Positions 26,701 through 37,590 of a stretch of 64,000 bases of DNA are shown piece by piece. The DNA lies in assembly GCF_036321535.1 (NCBI RefSeq), contig NC_087436.1:73720001-73784000 (forward strand), in the 5' to 3' direction. The notes under the pieces are model-generated. The model searched no databases and was not told the origin of the DNA. It worked only from the letters and a program-made list of their open reading frames with translations. The stretch comes from Camelus dromedarius (Eukaryota). Each line of letters starts with the position of its first letter. Within the stretch, counting starts at the first letter, position 1. Both the position numbers and the translations under genes were made by a program.

Positions 26701-29700
26701 ACTTAAGTTTCTCTTTCTTAAATTTCTTTCATAAACCTTTAGCTTCTGGTCTTATCTATATAAGCAAACACAGTCATAGGGAAATATTATAACAAAAAAA
26801 GTCAGTTTTTGGAGGGAGACAATGGGAGTGATTATAGCCATGCTCTGATTTAGCTTTAGCTAGTCAGTACATGCAGTGGAAAAGGGCAGCCAGGCTTCCT
26901 GGGCATATGTTCCTGCCTCACCACTCAGAAGCTGAGTGATCCTGGGCACATTATTCTCTCTGTGCCCCAGCCTTTTCATCTACAAAATAATAATAATAAA
27001 CCCTACCTCACAGCGCTTTGTGGGTAAACAAATAAATCCATAAAATGCTCTGAGAATGGTAACCTGGCAAAAAGTAAGCACTCAATAAATGTTAGCTATT
27101 GCCACCATACTGCATGCACATAATGGTCAATTTTTTTCCTATTTCTATGTATCCAATAATATGAAGCAACAAGAAGTTAAGAGACTCCAAACTCTACAAG
27201 TTTTATGTCACTGCAAGGAAGACTGAGATACAGGGGAGGAAAAAAAGCAATTTTGTTTTTTACCTTTCGCAGAAGCTTATCGTGACAACGCAGAAGTTCA
27301 AAGAAGAGTTCCAGCAAACTTGATGGATCGATGAGATTCTTATTTCTCAGCAAAATCAAAGCTTTGCAAAATGTCTCAGGAAGGAAAAGAAAACATACCA
27401 TAAGATAATAATAAAGGTAAGATGAGAAAATGGAGCAAGTATATCCTGGAAGTGCTTAATCACTTCCACTGATGAGGCACTACTCTAGGCACTGGAACAG
27501 AACAGCCTTTGCCCTCATGGACCTTACACGGGGGTGGAGCAAACAAGGGGACAGACAAGCAGGTAAGCATATGTCTCACATTCAAATCTGTCACTAGGTA
27601 ACATAATTGATACCTGGTGACTGAGGGAGGGCTCCTTTACACAGGGAGGTCAAGGAAGGGTCAACATATGATAAAATTCTAGTGATCAATGAATCCACAG
27701 AGATAAGAAAGGTGGGTAACAATAATACAACACACTAATTTGGAATAATCAATCTGAATCGGTGACCTCACAAGGCATTCTTCTGAAGTACTGTTGGTAG
27801 TAAGAATGGTCCAACAGCAGCCAGAGCGCTCTTGCTTACCATTAATTTTCCTAAGTACCCTTAGCCCCCAAAATGTTGACCTCTAATAGTATTCTCTATT
27901 AGATGGAACAAGTAATCCTTGGAGAATAGTTGATTTCAACTCTTGGGGCAGAAAGTGAGAAAGGATTTGGAACTATTTCTGCCAGGATGCAAGGATGCTT
28001 TCAAGATGCGAGGTTGCTTTCAAACACAACAGGGGCCTTGCTAAAAGGACTGGCCAAGTAGTGACAATTTGCACATAAAACATAAAAATAAAAATAGTAA
28101 TGCTTAAAAAAGAAATGGATAAAAAGTGCATAAAAAGGTAGTTACATCAAAGAAAGAGAAGTAAGAAAATTTCATGTTATTGACTTTGTTAAGTAAATGT
28201 TAACATAATTGGGCATTTTGTTTCTTCTGGAGAAATATAGCCTGTGTATATCTACGTAAGCAAGAAAGAGTGAACAAAATTTGGGAATGATTCAACAAGT
28301 CCTGGAAAAATAGCAAATATGCTAGGAAGAAAGAAAGTCCAGCAGTTGATAAGGATTGGTGGTTATCACAATAGCTAATTAAAAAGTGGATCCACCACTG
28401 TGTTCTAAATGATTCCTCTAAAGAGGAATGCTAATGACACAGACTCAATCCCTTGTTTCCTAGCAATCTAAGTATTTTTAAAAACCTACTAATCATCATA
28501 AAACACTACAAAGAAATATATACATATTTATTTAATAATGCCAGCAGATTATAATTTGGTTGGGTACTCTTAGCACACAAAACTTAAAAAAAAAAAAACC
28601 TAATTATTACTTGGAAAGACACTAAGTCTCTACACTAAAAATCTCAAGTCCATATGATCCCCAAAGACTGGAAAATTTCCATGTCATAAGTGAAATTCTT
28701 CTGTAACAGTTCAAGTTTGAAGTCTCTTAGGCTGTGCTGCCAGGTCCTGTGTCCCAACTGAGTCAATCAGAGACTCCAACCTCAGCTCTTATGAGATGGT
28801 ATTCTTTTTCTTTTGGGCCTAATCAAATTAATAAAATCCTAGAGAAGTACAAAAGTAGAAGAATTACAGAAAGCCTGGGAAAATACAAGAATAAGAAACA
28901 AAGTTGAATCTATATACTCAGCATTTTTACAAGTTTTGGTGTAGGATATTAGTATGTTTTGTGTTCTTAATATTTGTGTAGTTCTACCAGCTGTAAAGGT
29001 GTTTGAAAAGCTCATGTATGAAAATTTGAAAATGCCTTAGGTTGGGTGCACTAGAAGCAGAGCCCATTTCATTACAGTGGTTTGTTCAGGGTGCGTCCTC
29101 TTCTCAAAGGGAAGTGAAGGAAGCAGGATAGGGAAGAGAAAAGCTGAGCATCGATGCATCCTTGGCTGGAGACTAGCTTTAGTCTGATCACAGAGAAGCC
29201 CTGGGGAATAAACTGCAACACAAAGTTGGACCCACCCTGGGAGAAGGGGCTGGGCTTTTGAAACTCTTGGTCAGTCAGATACCACGTATGGGCAGGAGGG
29301 CCACTTCCCAGGTGCTAGGGCTCCCATTTAGCTGAACATGGTGCTTCAGAGAAAGGGCAGCTGGGGGCCGTTAGCAGCCAACATCCCCCGCAGGTAGGAG
29401 AAATGCAAGCACTGGCCAGGACCCAGTATCAACCACTATGGTAACTGTTTAAATGCTCAAACTGGCTACTTAATGGATAAGTGTATAAATTAAACATTAT
29501 AAAACCTGTAACTTGTAATTAGGGTTCTTCATGCATGTGAGATCTGAAGGATGACAAGGAATCACCTATTGTAAAGAGGGAAAGGCGCATCCTGGCAGGG
29601 TGAGCATGCCTGCAGAATAGAGAGATGAGAGAGAGGAGTGGAGCAGAAAAGGAGATAAGGTTAAAAACACAGGCAGGAAGAAGATCATGTAGGGACTTAC

Positions 29701-32092
29701 ATGCCAAGTTAACAAGTCTGACTTTTATTCTAAGTGTAAAGAAGAAGCCACAGAAGGATTTTAAGGAAGGGGTGACACATTCTGATTTATTTTTTTAAAA
29801 AGATATTTAGCCAAGAGACTGTTCTCATGTAAACACATACTACATGAACACAGAGTAATTTATCAATCCAAGTATTGGTCCTACCATTCGAAGATCTGGA
29901 TCCAAGACAGTGTGGTTGTAGGAGAGAAGATCTTTCAGCTCTTGAGGAAAGTTGCTTAAATGTTCTGGATAACAGTGACCAATCTGTAACAAAGCAAAGG
30001 CTCTTCTGAAGTTTTTCTTTCTCTCCTATAATTCATATGCACATATTTAAGATGTTCTGCAAAAGGAGAGTAAAATGCTGTTTCAAAGAAGTAGATGGTT
30101 CCAAATCATCTTTCTCTTTTACATGCTAATTTCTCTGGCCCCTTTCATATTTCCACTAGTCTTAGCAAATTATGTGTGACATGATTTAGAATCTGCTTTT
30201 AGGATGAATTTGAAGAAAACAAATAGCTTGAAAGCTTTGTTCTGGTTGGCTCTGTGAAAAGCTCTAGTGACATCCTCTAACTCAACATAAGGAAAAAATA
30301 AAATTTGCAAAAAGGGAAAGTTACTTTTTTTTTTTTTAAATTAAGCTTCCACTCCCAAATGGAATGAGGTTGGGAATAAGTGGGAAAATATTCTGCAAGC
30401 TGTGTGTAACAACTGCTCTTTGTTCTACTCAAAGATTATTTTTCTTACCTGTGCCATAAACATCACCAGCTCTGCCAGTTCTTTACTGGGTTTGTTTGGT
30501 TGTAGTTTGAAAATCTCCACATTGGATCTGTAGTGATTATACTGCTGTAGAAACTGTAGAAAAATAAAATTTAAATTGATTACCTTCTATTATATGGCTT
30601 TCTCAGCACAGAATGAAAAATTACTCAGAAGCTTTTGATAGTGGCGCAGAGAAAAAACGGTGGCAAAGTCATGTAGAAATAGTTTCCCTTACCTGTGTTC
30701 TTCAAAACGAATTTTGAAAAGTATGAGTACATCATGGGTAATCTACAGACCCTTTCACTTAGAAATTTAGGTAGTATCATACAAAGAATAGAGAAACAAG
30801 AGTCAGAAACTCAGATCTGGCCCTATTCTGCCATTTACTATCTAAATGACCCCTCTTACATTGTCTATGTATCTAGAGCACCCACAGCTGCAGAAAAATA
30901 CTGGGTTAGAAAATGTAAGTTATATCTCAAGTACACAAAGCTCTCCAGTCAAAATTCCTCTGTTCTTTTTAATAAGTAAATATTTTATTCTGGAGCTCCA
31001 GATGTGTTAACAGCCAAAAGCAACAGACATACAGAAATAATAATAGCTTCCACTTATCAGCACTTGCTATGTGTCAAACCCATCATGTACATTATCTCAT
31101 TTAATTATGTTTAATCCTAACAACAATCCAGCAATTTAATGTTGGAACTCACCAGGCCTCAGTTCTATGCCCCACATGTACTCTCCACGCCTAGCCCAGT
31201 TTTAAACTCTGTGTGTGTGTGTGTGACAGAGAGAGAGAAACAGACAGACCCTCACTGTGAGAATGAGTAATTCTTTATGTTACCAGACCTAATTGGTTCA
31301 CTGAACTCCAAATTCATATATTCAATTGCCTGTCTGACATGTCTATTTAGGTGTCTAAAGACATCTTAAAGTTAGCCTGGTCAAATATAACCCTTGATTT
31401 TCTCAACAAAACTGCTAGGCCTACCGCTTTCTCCAGGAGTAGGAGTCAAGAGAGAGACCTGGAGCCCCAACATGTTTCAGGCAACACCCTACCTCTCTTG
31501 GCTCCACAATACCGTCAATAAGTGAAGAGAGAGCCCCATAACTCAGTGTGCTCCCGGCAAGATCCTCACCCCATCGGTTGAGAGGAATTCTAACATAAGA
31601 TTCATTAAGTGTTACCGACTAGTTCAATAACTTAGGGGTTTCAGAAAAGGCTGAGAAACTTGTCTGGAAGTTGGAGAGTGGGGGCAGGCCATCTGTTTCT
31701 CTGCCTCTATGAGGTCGGGAGATAAACTCCAAAGCAAAATGAGATCTTCTAAAGGATGTTTCCATGGCAGCGGGGTCTACAGAGCAGCTAGAAAATCCAA
31801 AGGGGCAGATTTCCAAGAGGTGGGGAACGAACTCTGAAGCATGCCTCTTCCTTAATCCCTTTTCTCCTCTCGAGGAACCCCTGAACCTAACAGTTGAACA
31901 CGCGGCAAGCCAGGATCCCAGCTCCACTCCACGCCTCCCTCCAGCCAGTGTCTCAACCTGCCGCGCCCCAGCCTCTATAGAGTTTCCGCGCCGCATTCCC
32001 ACCTCCTCGATGTAGGCCGGCGGGTCCCGCTTGATCAGATTCTGTAACTGCGGCAGGTTGCTGGGAAGCTTGTTATTGTTTCTGCTAGACAT
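8669..32092 (-). CDS. SDAD1: Protein SDA1 homolog (60S ribosome biogenesis/export factor), complete 22-exon gene, 688 aa
   Basis: Spliced by hand from [30 protein letters not shown] to [15 protein letters not shown]. All introns are GT-AG, exon phases agree, and the total is 2067 nt. It matches the recalled human SDAD1 protein apart from substitutions and one extra Glu in exon 17. Confidence 0.98.
9569..10056. mobile_element. hAT-Charlie (MER3/MER33-like) fossil interrupted by a SINE
   Basis: tccaatacagtagcc.tagctacacgtggct.ctgagcactgaaatgtggccagtg ... tatttctactggacagtg. Confidence 0.7.
9825..9993 (-). mobile_element. Vic-1-like SINE
   Basis: gaacccaggacctcgtgcatgctaagcacgcactctaccactgagctat plus the AT-rich tail. 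Confidence 0.88.
11519..11680 (-). CDS. SDAD1: SDAD1 exon 21
   Basis: [54 protein letters not shown]; 162 nt. Confidence 0.95.
12554..12638 (-). CDS. SDAD1: SDAD1 exon 20
   Basis: [28 protein letters not shown]; 85 nt. Confidence 0.95.
12746..12936 (-). CDS. SDAD1: SDAD1 exon 19
   Basis: [63 protein letters not shown](R); 191 nt. Confidence 0.95.
13030..13124 (-). CDS. SDAD1: SDAD1 exon 18
   Basis: (D)[31 protein letters not shown]; 95 nt. Confidence 0.95.
14606..14735 (-). CDS. SDAD1: SDAD1 exon 17
   Basis: [43 protein letters not shown]; 130 nt; weak donor gttcat. Confidence 0.93.
15309..15385 (-). CDS. SDAD1: SDAD1 exon 16
   Basis: (N)[25 protein letters not shown]; 77 nt. Confidence 0.95.
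15492..15589 (-). CDS. SDAD1: SDAD1 exon 15
   Basis: [32 protein letters not shown]; 98 nt. Confidence 0.95.
15834..16263 (-). mobile_element. Internally deleted Tigger1-family DNA transposon (~430 bp)
   Basis: Termini caggcctccctc...gaggtatgcctg followed by TA; subterminal gcaggttcagttccagacca and gcgcaataaaa. Confidence 0.85.
16856..16932 (-). CDS. SDAD1: SDAD1 exon 14
   Basis: [25 protein letters not shown](G); 77 nt. Confidence 0.95.
17555..17613 (-). CDS. SDAD1: SDAD1 exon 13
   Basis: (E)[19 protein letters not shown]; 59 nt. Confidence 0.95.
17690..18020 (+). mobile_element. L2 3' fragment
   Basis: ctctgcctggaacac...ctcactccctc...tagaatgtaagctctatgaaggtaaggac. Confidence 0.7.
18521..18578 (-). 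CDS. SDAD1: SDAD1 exon 12
   Basis: [19 protein letters not shown]; 58 nt. Confidence 0.95.
20310..20413 (-). CDS. SDAD1: SDAD1 exon 11
   Basis: (D)[34 protein letters not shown]; 104 nt. Confidence 0.95.
20700..21060. mobile_element. Two adjacent MER5-type hAT elements
   Basis: cccagacctactgaatcagaa...tttaacaagatcc...aaagtttgaaaaacactg; second copy ends agtttgagaactagtg. Confidence 0.75.
21413..21482 (-). CDS. SDAD1: SDAD1 exon 10
   Basis: [23 protein letters not shown]; 70 nt. Confidence 0.95.
21946..22050 (+). mobile_element. Vic-1-like SINE
   Basis: tttagctcagtggtatagcatgtgc...gtcctgggttcaatccctagcac, followed by an A-rich tail. Confidence 0.88.
22198..22299 (-). CDS. SDAD1: SDAD1 exon 9
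   Basis: [34 protein letters not shown]; 102 nt. Confidence 0.95.
23484..23558 (-). CDS. SDAD1: SDAD1 exon 8
   Basis: [25 protein letters not shown]; 75 nt. Confidence 0.95.
24104..24161 (-). CDS. SDAD1: SDAD1 exon 7
   Basis: [19 protein letters not shown]; 58 nt. Confidence 0.95.
25116..25216 (-). CDS. SDAD1: SDAD1 exon 6
   Basis: [33 protein letters not shown](W); 101 nt. Confidence 0.95.
25294..25365 (-). CDS. SDAD1: SDAD1 exon 5
   Basis: [24 protein letters not shown]; 72 nt. Confidence 0.95.
25490..26505 (+). mobile_element. Old L1 3' end (L1MB-like) with a nested younger L1 fragment
   Basis: gagttaccatatgatcca...gaattgtacactttaaatggatgaatt...tcaataaa plus poly(A). Confidence 0.85.
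25757..26104 (-). mobile_element. Short 3' fragment of the younger L1 family, nested and antisense in the old L1
   Basis: Same 3'UTR as 3094-3887; TSD atgaaatatt at 25747-25756 and 26105-26114. Confidence 0.85.
26870..27105 (+). mobile_element. MIR
   Basis: ctctctgtgccccagccttttcatctacaaaat...cctacctcacag...gtaagcactcaataaatgttagctatt. Confidence 0.8.
27264..27374 (-). CDS. SDAD1: SDAD1 exon 4
   Basis: [37 protein letters not shown]; 111 nt; acceptor cctgag. Confidence 0.93.
29885..29983 (-). CDS. SDAD1: SDAD1 exon 3
   Basis: [33 protein letters not shown]; 99 nt. Confidence 0.95.
30449..30553 (-). CDS. SDAD1: SDAD1 exon 2
   Basis: [35 protein letters not shown]; 105 nt; cag/gtaag. Confidence 0.95.
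31210..31238. repeat. (TG)n(AG)n compound microsatellite
   Basis: tgtgtgtgtgtgtgtgacagagagagaga. Confidence 0.85.
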
Positions 32093-32370
32093 GTTGGCTG
32101 CAAACTGGCTCCACGGCGAGCAGTTTTAAGAAAACCCACACCGCTGGCAACCCCCAGCCGTCTCAGCGTGGAATCGTGCTTCCGAGTATAGCCGGAAACT
32201 ATGCTTGGGTAACTCGGCGGGCGGCGCCATCTTAGTTCGTAAAGCGAGCTTGACTACGGGAGCCTCAAAGTGTCAAACTTACTCTCACTGCCGAAATGTT
32301 CTGGAATTCTTTAAACCAAATTCCCCCTCCGCCCCCCTCCCCCCCGCGGCTAAACAATGCTACTGCCTAG
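31900..32370 (-). promoter_or_regulatory. SDAD1: SDAD1 CpG-island promoter
   Basis: CpG-dense segment over exon 1; ETS-like CCGGAA near 32192; YY1-type AAGATGGCG (minus, 32225-32233); C-rich Sp1/KLF-type tract at 32323-32345. Confidence 0.85.
32003..32092 (-). CDS. SDAD1: SDAD1 coding exon 1
   Basis: [30 protein letters not shown]; Kozak gccaacATG; donor gtggga. Confidence 0.96.
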
Positions 32371-32879
32371 CGTTTCTGAAATAATCTGAACTGCAAAAAC
32401 TTTTTTTCACACACATTAGTTTTTCAACCCGACACTCCTATGAAACGGATAAATGAGAACTAATAGTTATTTTATCTATTTATTTTTTAAATCCCACAGT
32501 TAGACGCTAAAAATACCCGTGCCAAGTAGATAGCACTATCCCATTTTAGAGAGGGGAAAAGAGATCAATGACGAGTGTAAATTAGTTTTCCTGTGTAATT
32601 TTAAATACTTGTTTCTGTTTTGTTTTTAAGTGTTTCAATCCAGCGTGACCCAGATAAGGGAAAAGGGTGCAAACTGGATAAAATGTGGTCATGTTGATTG
32701 GCTTAAATTGCAAATAAATTTGTATTTAAAAGCCAACTACTGTTACAATCTTTGTCAGTACTCTTCATCCAGAGTTTTAAGTTCGGATCCTGGTGAAAAT
32801 ACATTTCCACAATTTCACAGTGTGCAAAAATAAGTATGTGGTGAATGAACTAATGAAATAGGGTGTCGTTAATATAGAA

Positions 32880-33070
32880 AGACATTTAATCACTCACCCT
32901 GTGTCAGGCACTGTTTCAAGCACTTCACTTGTATTCAATCCTGAGAACAGTCCTCTAAAATAGAAATTATCTGTACTTCGCAGATGAGGAAACAGGCTCA
33001 GACAAGTTGACTGCCTAAGTTCACAGCAGGTGAGGAAGCTGGTATTTCAGTCTAGGCAGTCTTGACTGTA
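32880..33070 (-). mobile_element. MIR
   Basis: gtgtcaggcactgttt...cagatgaggaaacaggctcaga...aagttcacagc. Confidence 0.75.
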
Positions 33071-34399
33071 ACTAGATGAGAAAGGGATAAGTAGCCAGAT
33101 AGTTGTCAGCTGGTAAGCTTGTCTGGCATCGGTAGACGGACAGTGGTATTCCCCTGCTTGACACGAGCAATTTCACAGAACACCAACTTCAGTCCAGTTC
33201 ATCTGTAGCCATGTTGGAATGAACCAAAACAAGACAACTCTGTAGTCACATCTAGGCACAAACAAAATCAAGAACGCTGTTCAAACCACGATTAGTTATT
33301 CAGTCACATTTGGAAAATGACTATTCTATTTATTAATCATTGGATCAGGTACTTGTGACATTATTAAGAGGTAAATGTAATCAGTAAATCTGTTTTAAAA
33401 AAACCCATTCACAGATTTAAATTAAAAACATTTTTGGCTGGTTGGATTAGTGAAGGGAAAAATGCTTTCTCAAAACAAAATATATTGAAATTATTTAAAA
33501 TAATTCCTATCAAAAGCATAAACTTACGCACTAGGAATATTTATCTTAAGTCACTAAATGTGACTTATGAATGAAACACTCAGGCCATGTCACAAGCTTT
33601 TATTCACAATCTGTATGTCAGGCCCTACGGTAAGCGTTTTGAGTACAAAAATAATAAGCTATGGGTATTTGCCCTTAGGAAACTCACAGACTAATAAGGG
33701 AGAGAAATAGACAAACACTCTTAAAATGAATAAACGTGTTCTTAACATAGAGCCACGGAAGCAATAGAGAGGATAGCCTAGCCCAGAGGAATCAGAATGT
33801 TTCACAGTTGTGGTACTATTTGATTGAAATTCTGAAAGATGAAGAGTTTTTCTGGAGGAGGGAAAGAAATTTCTGCAGATAGATGCAGAAGCACTATATT
33901 GTTTGGGACTTTTGAAGGGCTAATTCTGCTAAGTGGTGCACCCTTTTGCCCTTTTCCATCTTCCTCCTTCCTATTAAGGTGCTTGTAATAGAGACTTAAT
34001 GGCTCAAGACTGGTGCTCAAGCTGCTGTCTGAACTATTTTACTTCTTTTCCCCACCCAAAAGACATGGCAAATAAAGATATAAGTCCAAACAGTGTGCTG
34101 CTTATACAAACAAAATTTAAAATAGCCCTGTAATCTAGGCCCCTTTAATGAAGAAAATTTTAAGCCATCTGAATCCAGGTATTATGATCTATTTTATAAT
34201 TTTAACAGGGTCTCTTTTGCAAAGGTATAAAGGATATTTTCTTTTCTAGAACGATTCATTTTAGGTTAAAAATCACAGTGGGCTCAGACAAAGATGGAAA
34301 ACTCTTTTGCCAATTCAAGACTAAATACGGAAATGAATATGGAGTTTTCTTGATGTTGATCTGGCTAACATACATTAAACATATGTACATTTAACATTC

Positions 34400-35160
34400 T
34401 AAGAAATGCCTATTAGTTTTTTGCTTCCACCATTCCATTGAAACTATTCTTATCAAGATCATCAATCACCTTGAGGTTTGCTAAGTCCAACGGTCAGTTT
34501 CCACTCTTTATCTTACCTGCAGCATTCAGTACACTTGGCCTCTCCCTCCTTCTAGAAATATAGTTGGTAATTAGCCTTTAAATAGTTTCTCTTGCCCCAC
34601 TATTGTGTATATTCTTGTAGTAGTGGTCAGAGGGGTCTTTAAATGGATCAGGTCACTCCTCCAGCTCCCTTTCTCACTCAGATTTGAAGCGAAAGCCCTT
34701 CAGGGATATAGAAGACCCCACGTTACCTCTCTGGGCTCCTCTCCCATTACGTTCCCCTTTACTCACTCTGCCCAGGAAAAATGGCCTGTTAGCTGCCTGT
34801 TAGCTGTCAGCATGTCAAGCTTCAGGACCTTCACACTTTATTTCCTCTGACCCAAACACATGTCTTGCTCCCTCACTTTCTTCGTTTCTCTGCTCAAGTG
34901 ACATCTTATTAGGAAGTCTTCCCCTGATCTCCCAGCCTACCTCCCACCCCACACTCCTTTCTCCTGCTTTATTTTTCTCCATAGCCCCTAGAAGCCTCTG
35001 GCATAATATGTATTCAATAGTTTAACTGTTTATTGCCTGCCTTTCTGCATCAGAATATGAGTTTAATAAGGACCTTGCTTTGTTCACTGCTCTATCCTCA
35101 CACTTGGAGCAATGCATGGCACATAGTAGGTAATCAGTTAATATGTGCTGAAGGAGTGCA
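34400..35160 (+). mobile_element. L2 fragments
   Basis: ccaccattccattgaaact...tcttgctccctcactttcttc...gcacatagtaggtaatcag. Confidence 0.65.
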
Positions 35161-37194
35161 TAGATAATTTCTAGTCTTCCAATTGTTCAATTGTGTGCTT
35201 TATTAAAGTAAGAACTTAAAATATCTTAGATATCCACACACAAAATTTGCCTTAAAATCAGTGAGTGACTAACACGTGAATTCTAAATATTGTGTCTCTC
35301 ATTAGAAACCAGTGATAGTGACTATGTTCAGAAAAGCCAGGCATGTGTCAGCCTTTTTCTAATTAAAAAAATTTTTAGATTTGCCACTGGAGGGAGCTCA
35401 TGCTTTTCTTTTTAACAAGAAAATTACACCATTTGACAAAATGACTGTATCCAAACTTAACAGGGAACCAGTATCGGAAGAAATTTTAGTTCTTTTCATA
35501 TTTTCATTAGTTCTTTCCATTTTTTAAATTCTCCCCCCCCATATCCTTCCAACTTTATTATGGATTAACCCAAAATTCCATCTATCCCTTCCTCCTTGGG
35601 GACAGTGAGGACTGTTGTGTTGGACTTTCGACAAATCTATCAACCCCAGGCTCAACAGGGACTAGGTTCTACCACCTTTCTTAGATTTTTTCCCTCTTAA
35701 ACCATCATAGCCAAGTTTCTGAAGTCAAAATATTCCTCAAGAACCAGCTAATAGTTTTTCTCTCCTATGTGGTTACACTAAAACCTCAAAGCATGGTAAC
35801 ATTTCAGTTCTCTTTGGAAGAATGACTTTGTGAATAGAGAGGAGATAACCAGCTCCTTTGTAGATAGACCACGGCACGTCGTATCACTATTATCTCATAA
35901 TAGGTAACAGAAGCAAAGGCTTGCTCTTTTCCTTTTGCCAGATTTCTTGGGTATGCCAGCTGAACCTGATTCTGTTCATTGCCTTCTTCTGTAAAATCTA
36001 CTGTTCCTGCTGGATTAATTTAGACTACGATAAGGCTATTAATGTGATTGAGTTAAGGTGTTCCTAATTTTCACTGTTATAGAAACCCGTCAAGAAAATT
36101 TCCATCCTGGGCTCCAAGATTTCCTAATACTGCTACATCATTTTTCCATTTCATGGGAAATAGAATAGACTGTGGATAGTATTTTTAAAAATTTTAAACA
36201 AGGTATACAAGCATTTTGGAATCTCTTTTCAGAAGAAGTTACCATAAGGGGAGAGAAAATGTAATGTGTATATATTCCCTGTTTGTTTCTTTGCTTGTAA
36301 ATCATGCTTGCTTGCTTTTTAAAATTTTTCTATGAATTATTAGAAAGAAAATTCTTCCTCTGTTAACTCCTATGATATGAAAGTTGAGATGGGTTGTCTT
36401 CCAGGATCCACAACCTCAAGGATCCTGTTTATTTCAAGAAATAAGCATTGAGAACACCTGTCTCCCCTCCCCTGGAATGTTCTGGTTATATCCTCAATTA
36501 TAAAAGGTATCACATCACCTCTTGGGTCTGTCCCCAACCTGAGGGACCCACAGGGGTAACTGGACAATTGGCAAATCCCACTTTCAGGGAGAAGGATGGA
36601 GCAATGTGAGAACTACTTGGACATCACCTGGCATTGTACTCGGTAGGGAATAAAGAAAGAATGAAAGCTTTCTGGAGTCTTCTAATTTCCATCTCATGTT
36701 ATCAAAATAATCTAAGACCAGAGAAGTGAGCTTCTCACATTGTGTCAGTCTTAAACCAGTTCCCCATGGCAGTTTATCTTAAAATATAAATATATTCAAA
36801 GGAGTACAGGGAGCATCATTGTAAAAGGTGGCCGATGTAAGCCATCAGGTATCCATTAAGCAAAAACTACGGTGCACTGGACAGAACACTGAAAAGAGGT
36901 AATGTTTGGGGAGAGCCCTTAGAGAACCTCAGAAATCAGTCTCTCATGCTTCAGTTTGCAGGTGAGGAAACTGCTACTCAAAGAGGCCATGAGACTTGTC
37001 AAGACTACACAACCAATGAGTGGTGGAACCAGAAAGATCTTCCAGTCTCTTGATTTCGAGGCTTTTGGTTGTCCTTCATCTGCAAGTTTTCCCCTAGTGT
37101 TAAAAGTCTGTGTCTGGGGATGTAGTAGATAATAACAAAGATAATAGCAGCTAATACTTATTGATTGGAATGAAAAGTATATTATATGTGACCT

Positions 37195-37590
37195 GTGTCA
37201 TTTGGGTTCTCTGGGAATCAGGCAGTGAGACAGATTCAGATGTACAAGAGGTTTATTGGTGGTAACCTTTATACAAATAAAGAGAGGAGCAGAATTGGGC
37301 AGAGACTGCCTCAGACTGGGACGCAGATCTGTCAGGGTTTTCATTAACTCACTGGGACACTCCCGATGAAAGACTACACATTGGGGGGGGGGTCCCACAC
37401 TGGGTGGAAATGACTAAGTCTGAGAATTCCTTCTATACTCAGTCATTGACTAGAGGCTGCCCAGTAATGAATTAGAATCTGAGGTGAGTCCAAGGGGCTG
37501 CAGCTGGAGGCGGTCAGCTAACCAATCACCCTCCTTGCAGCTGAACAACAAGTTTTTTGTTGAAGGCTGATGGCTTCTATGGCTACTGTA
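37195..37590. mobile_element. Ancient ERVL/MaLR-type solo LTR
   Basis: tgtcatttgggttctctgggaatcaggcagtgagacaga...gaggtttattgg; a similar old LTR lies at ~29030-29430. Family uncertain. Confidence 0.5.

Noticed and set aside
31619..32002. 157-aa ORF extending SDAD1 exon 1
   Set aside because: This is read-through into intron 1; homology ends at the GT donor at 32002.
36370..36567. Small ORF containing RCSQC near the chemokine cluster
   Set aside because: The spacing is CXXC rather than CXC, with no signal-peptide exon and no third or fourth Cys, so it is not a chemokine pseudogene.
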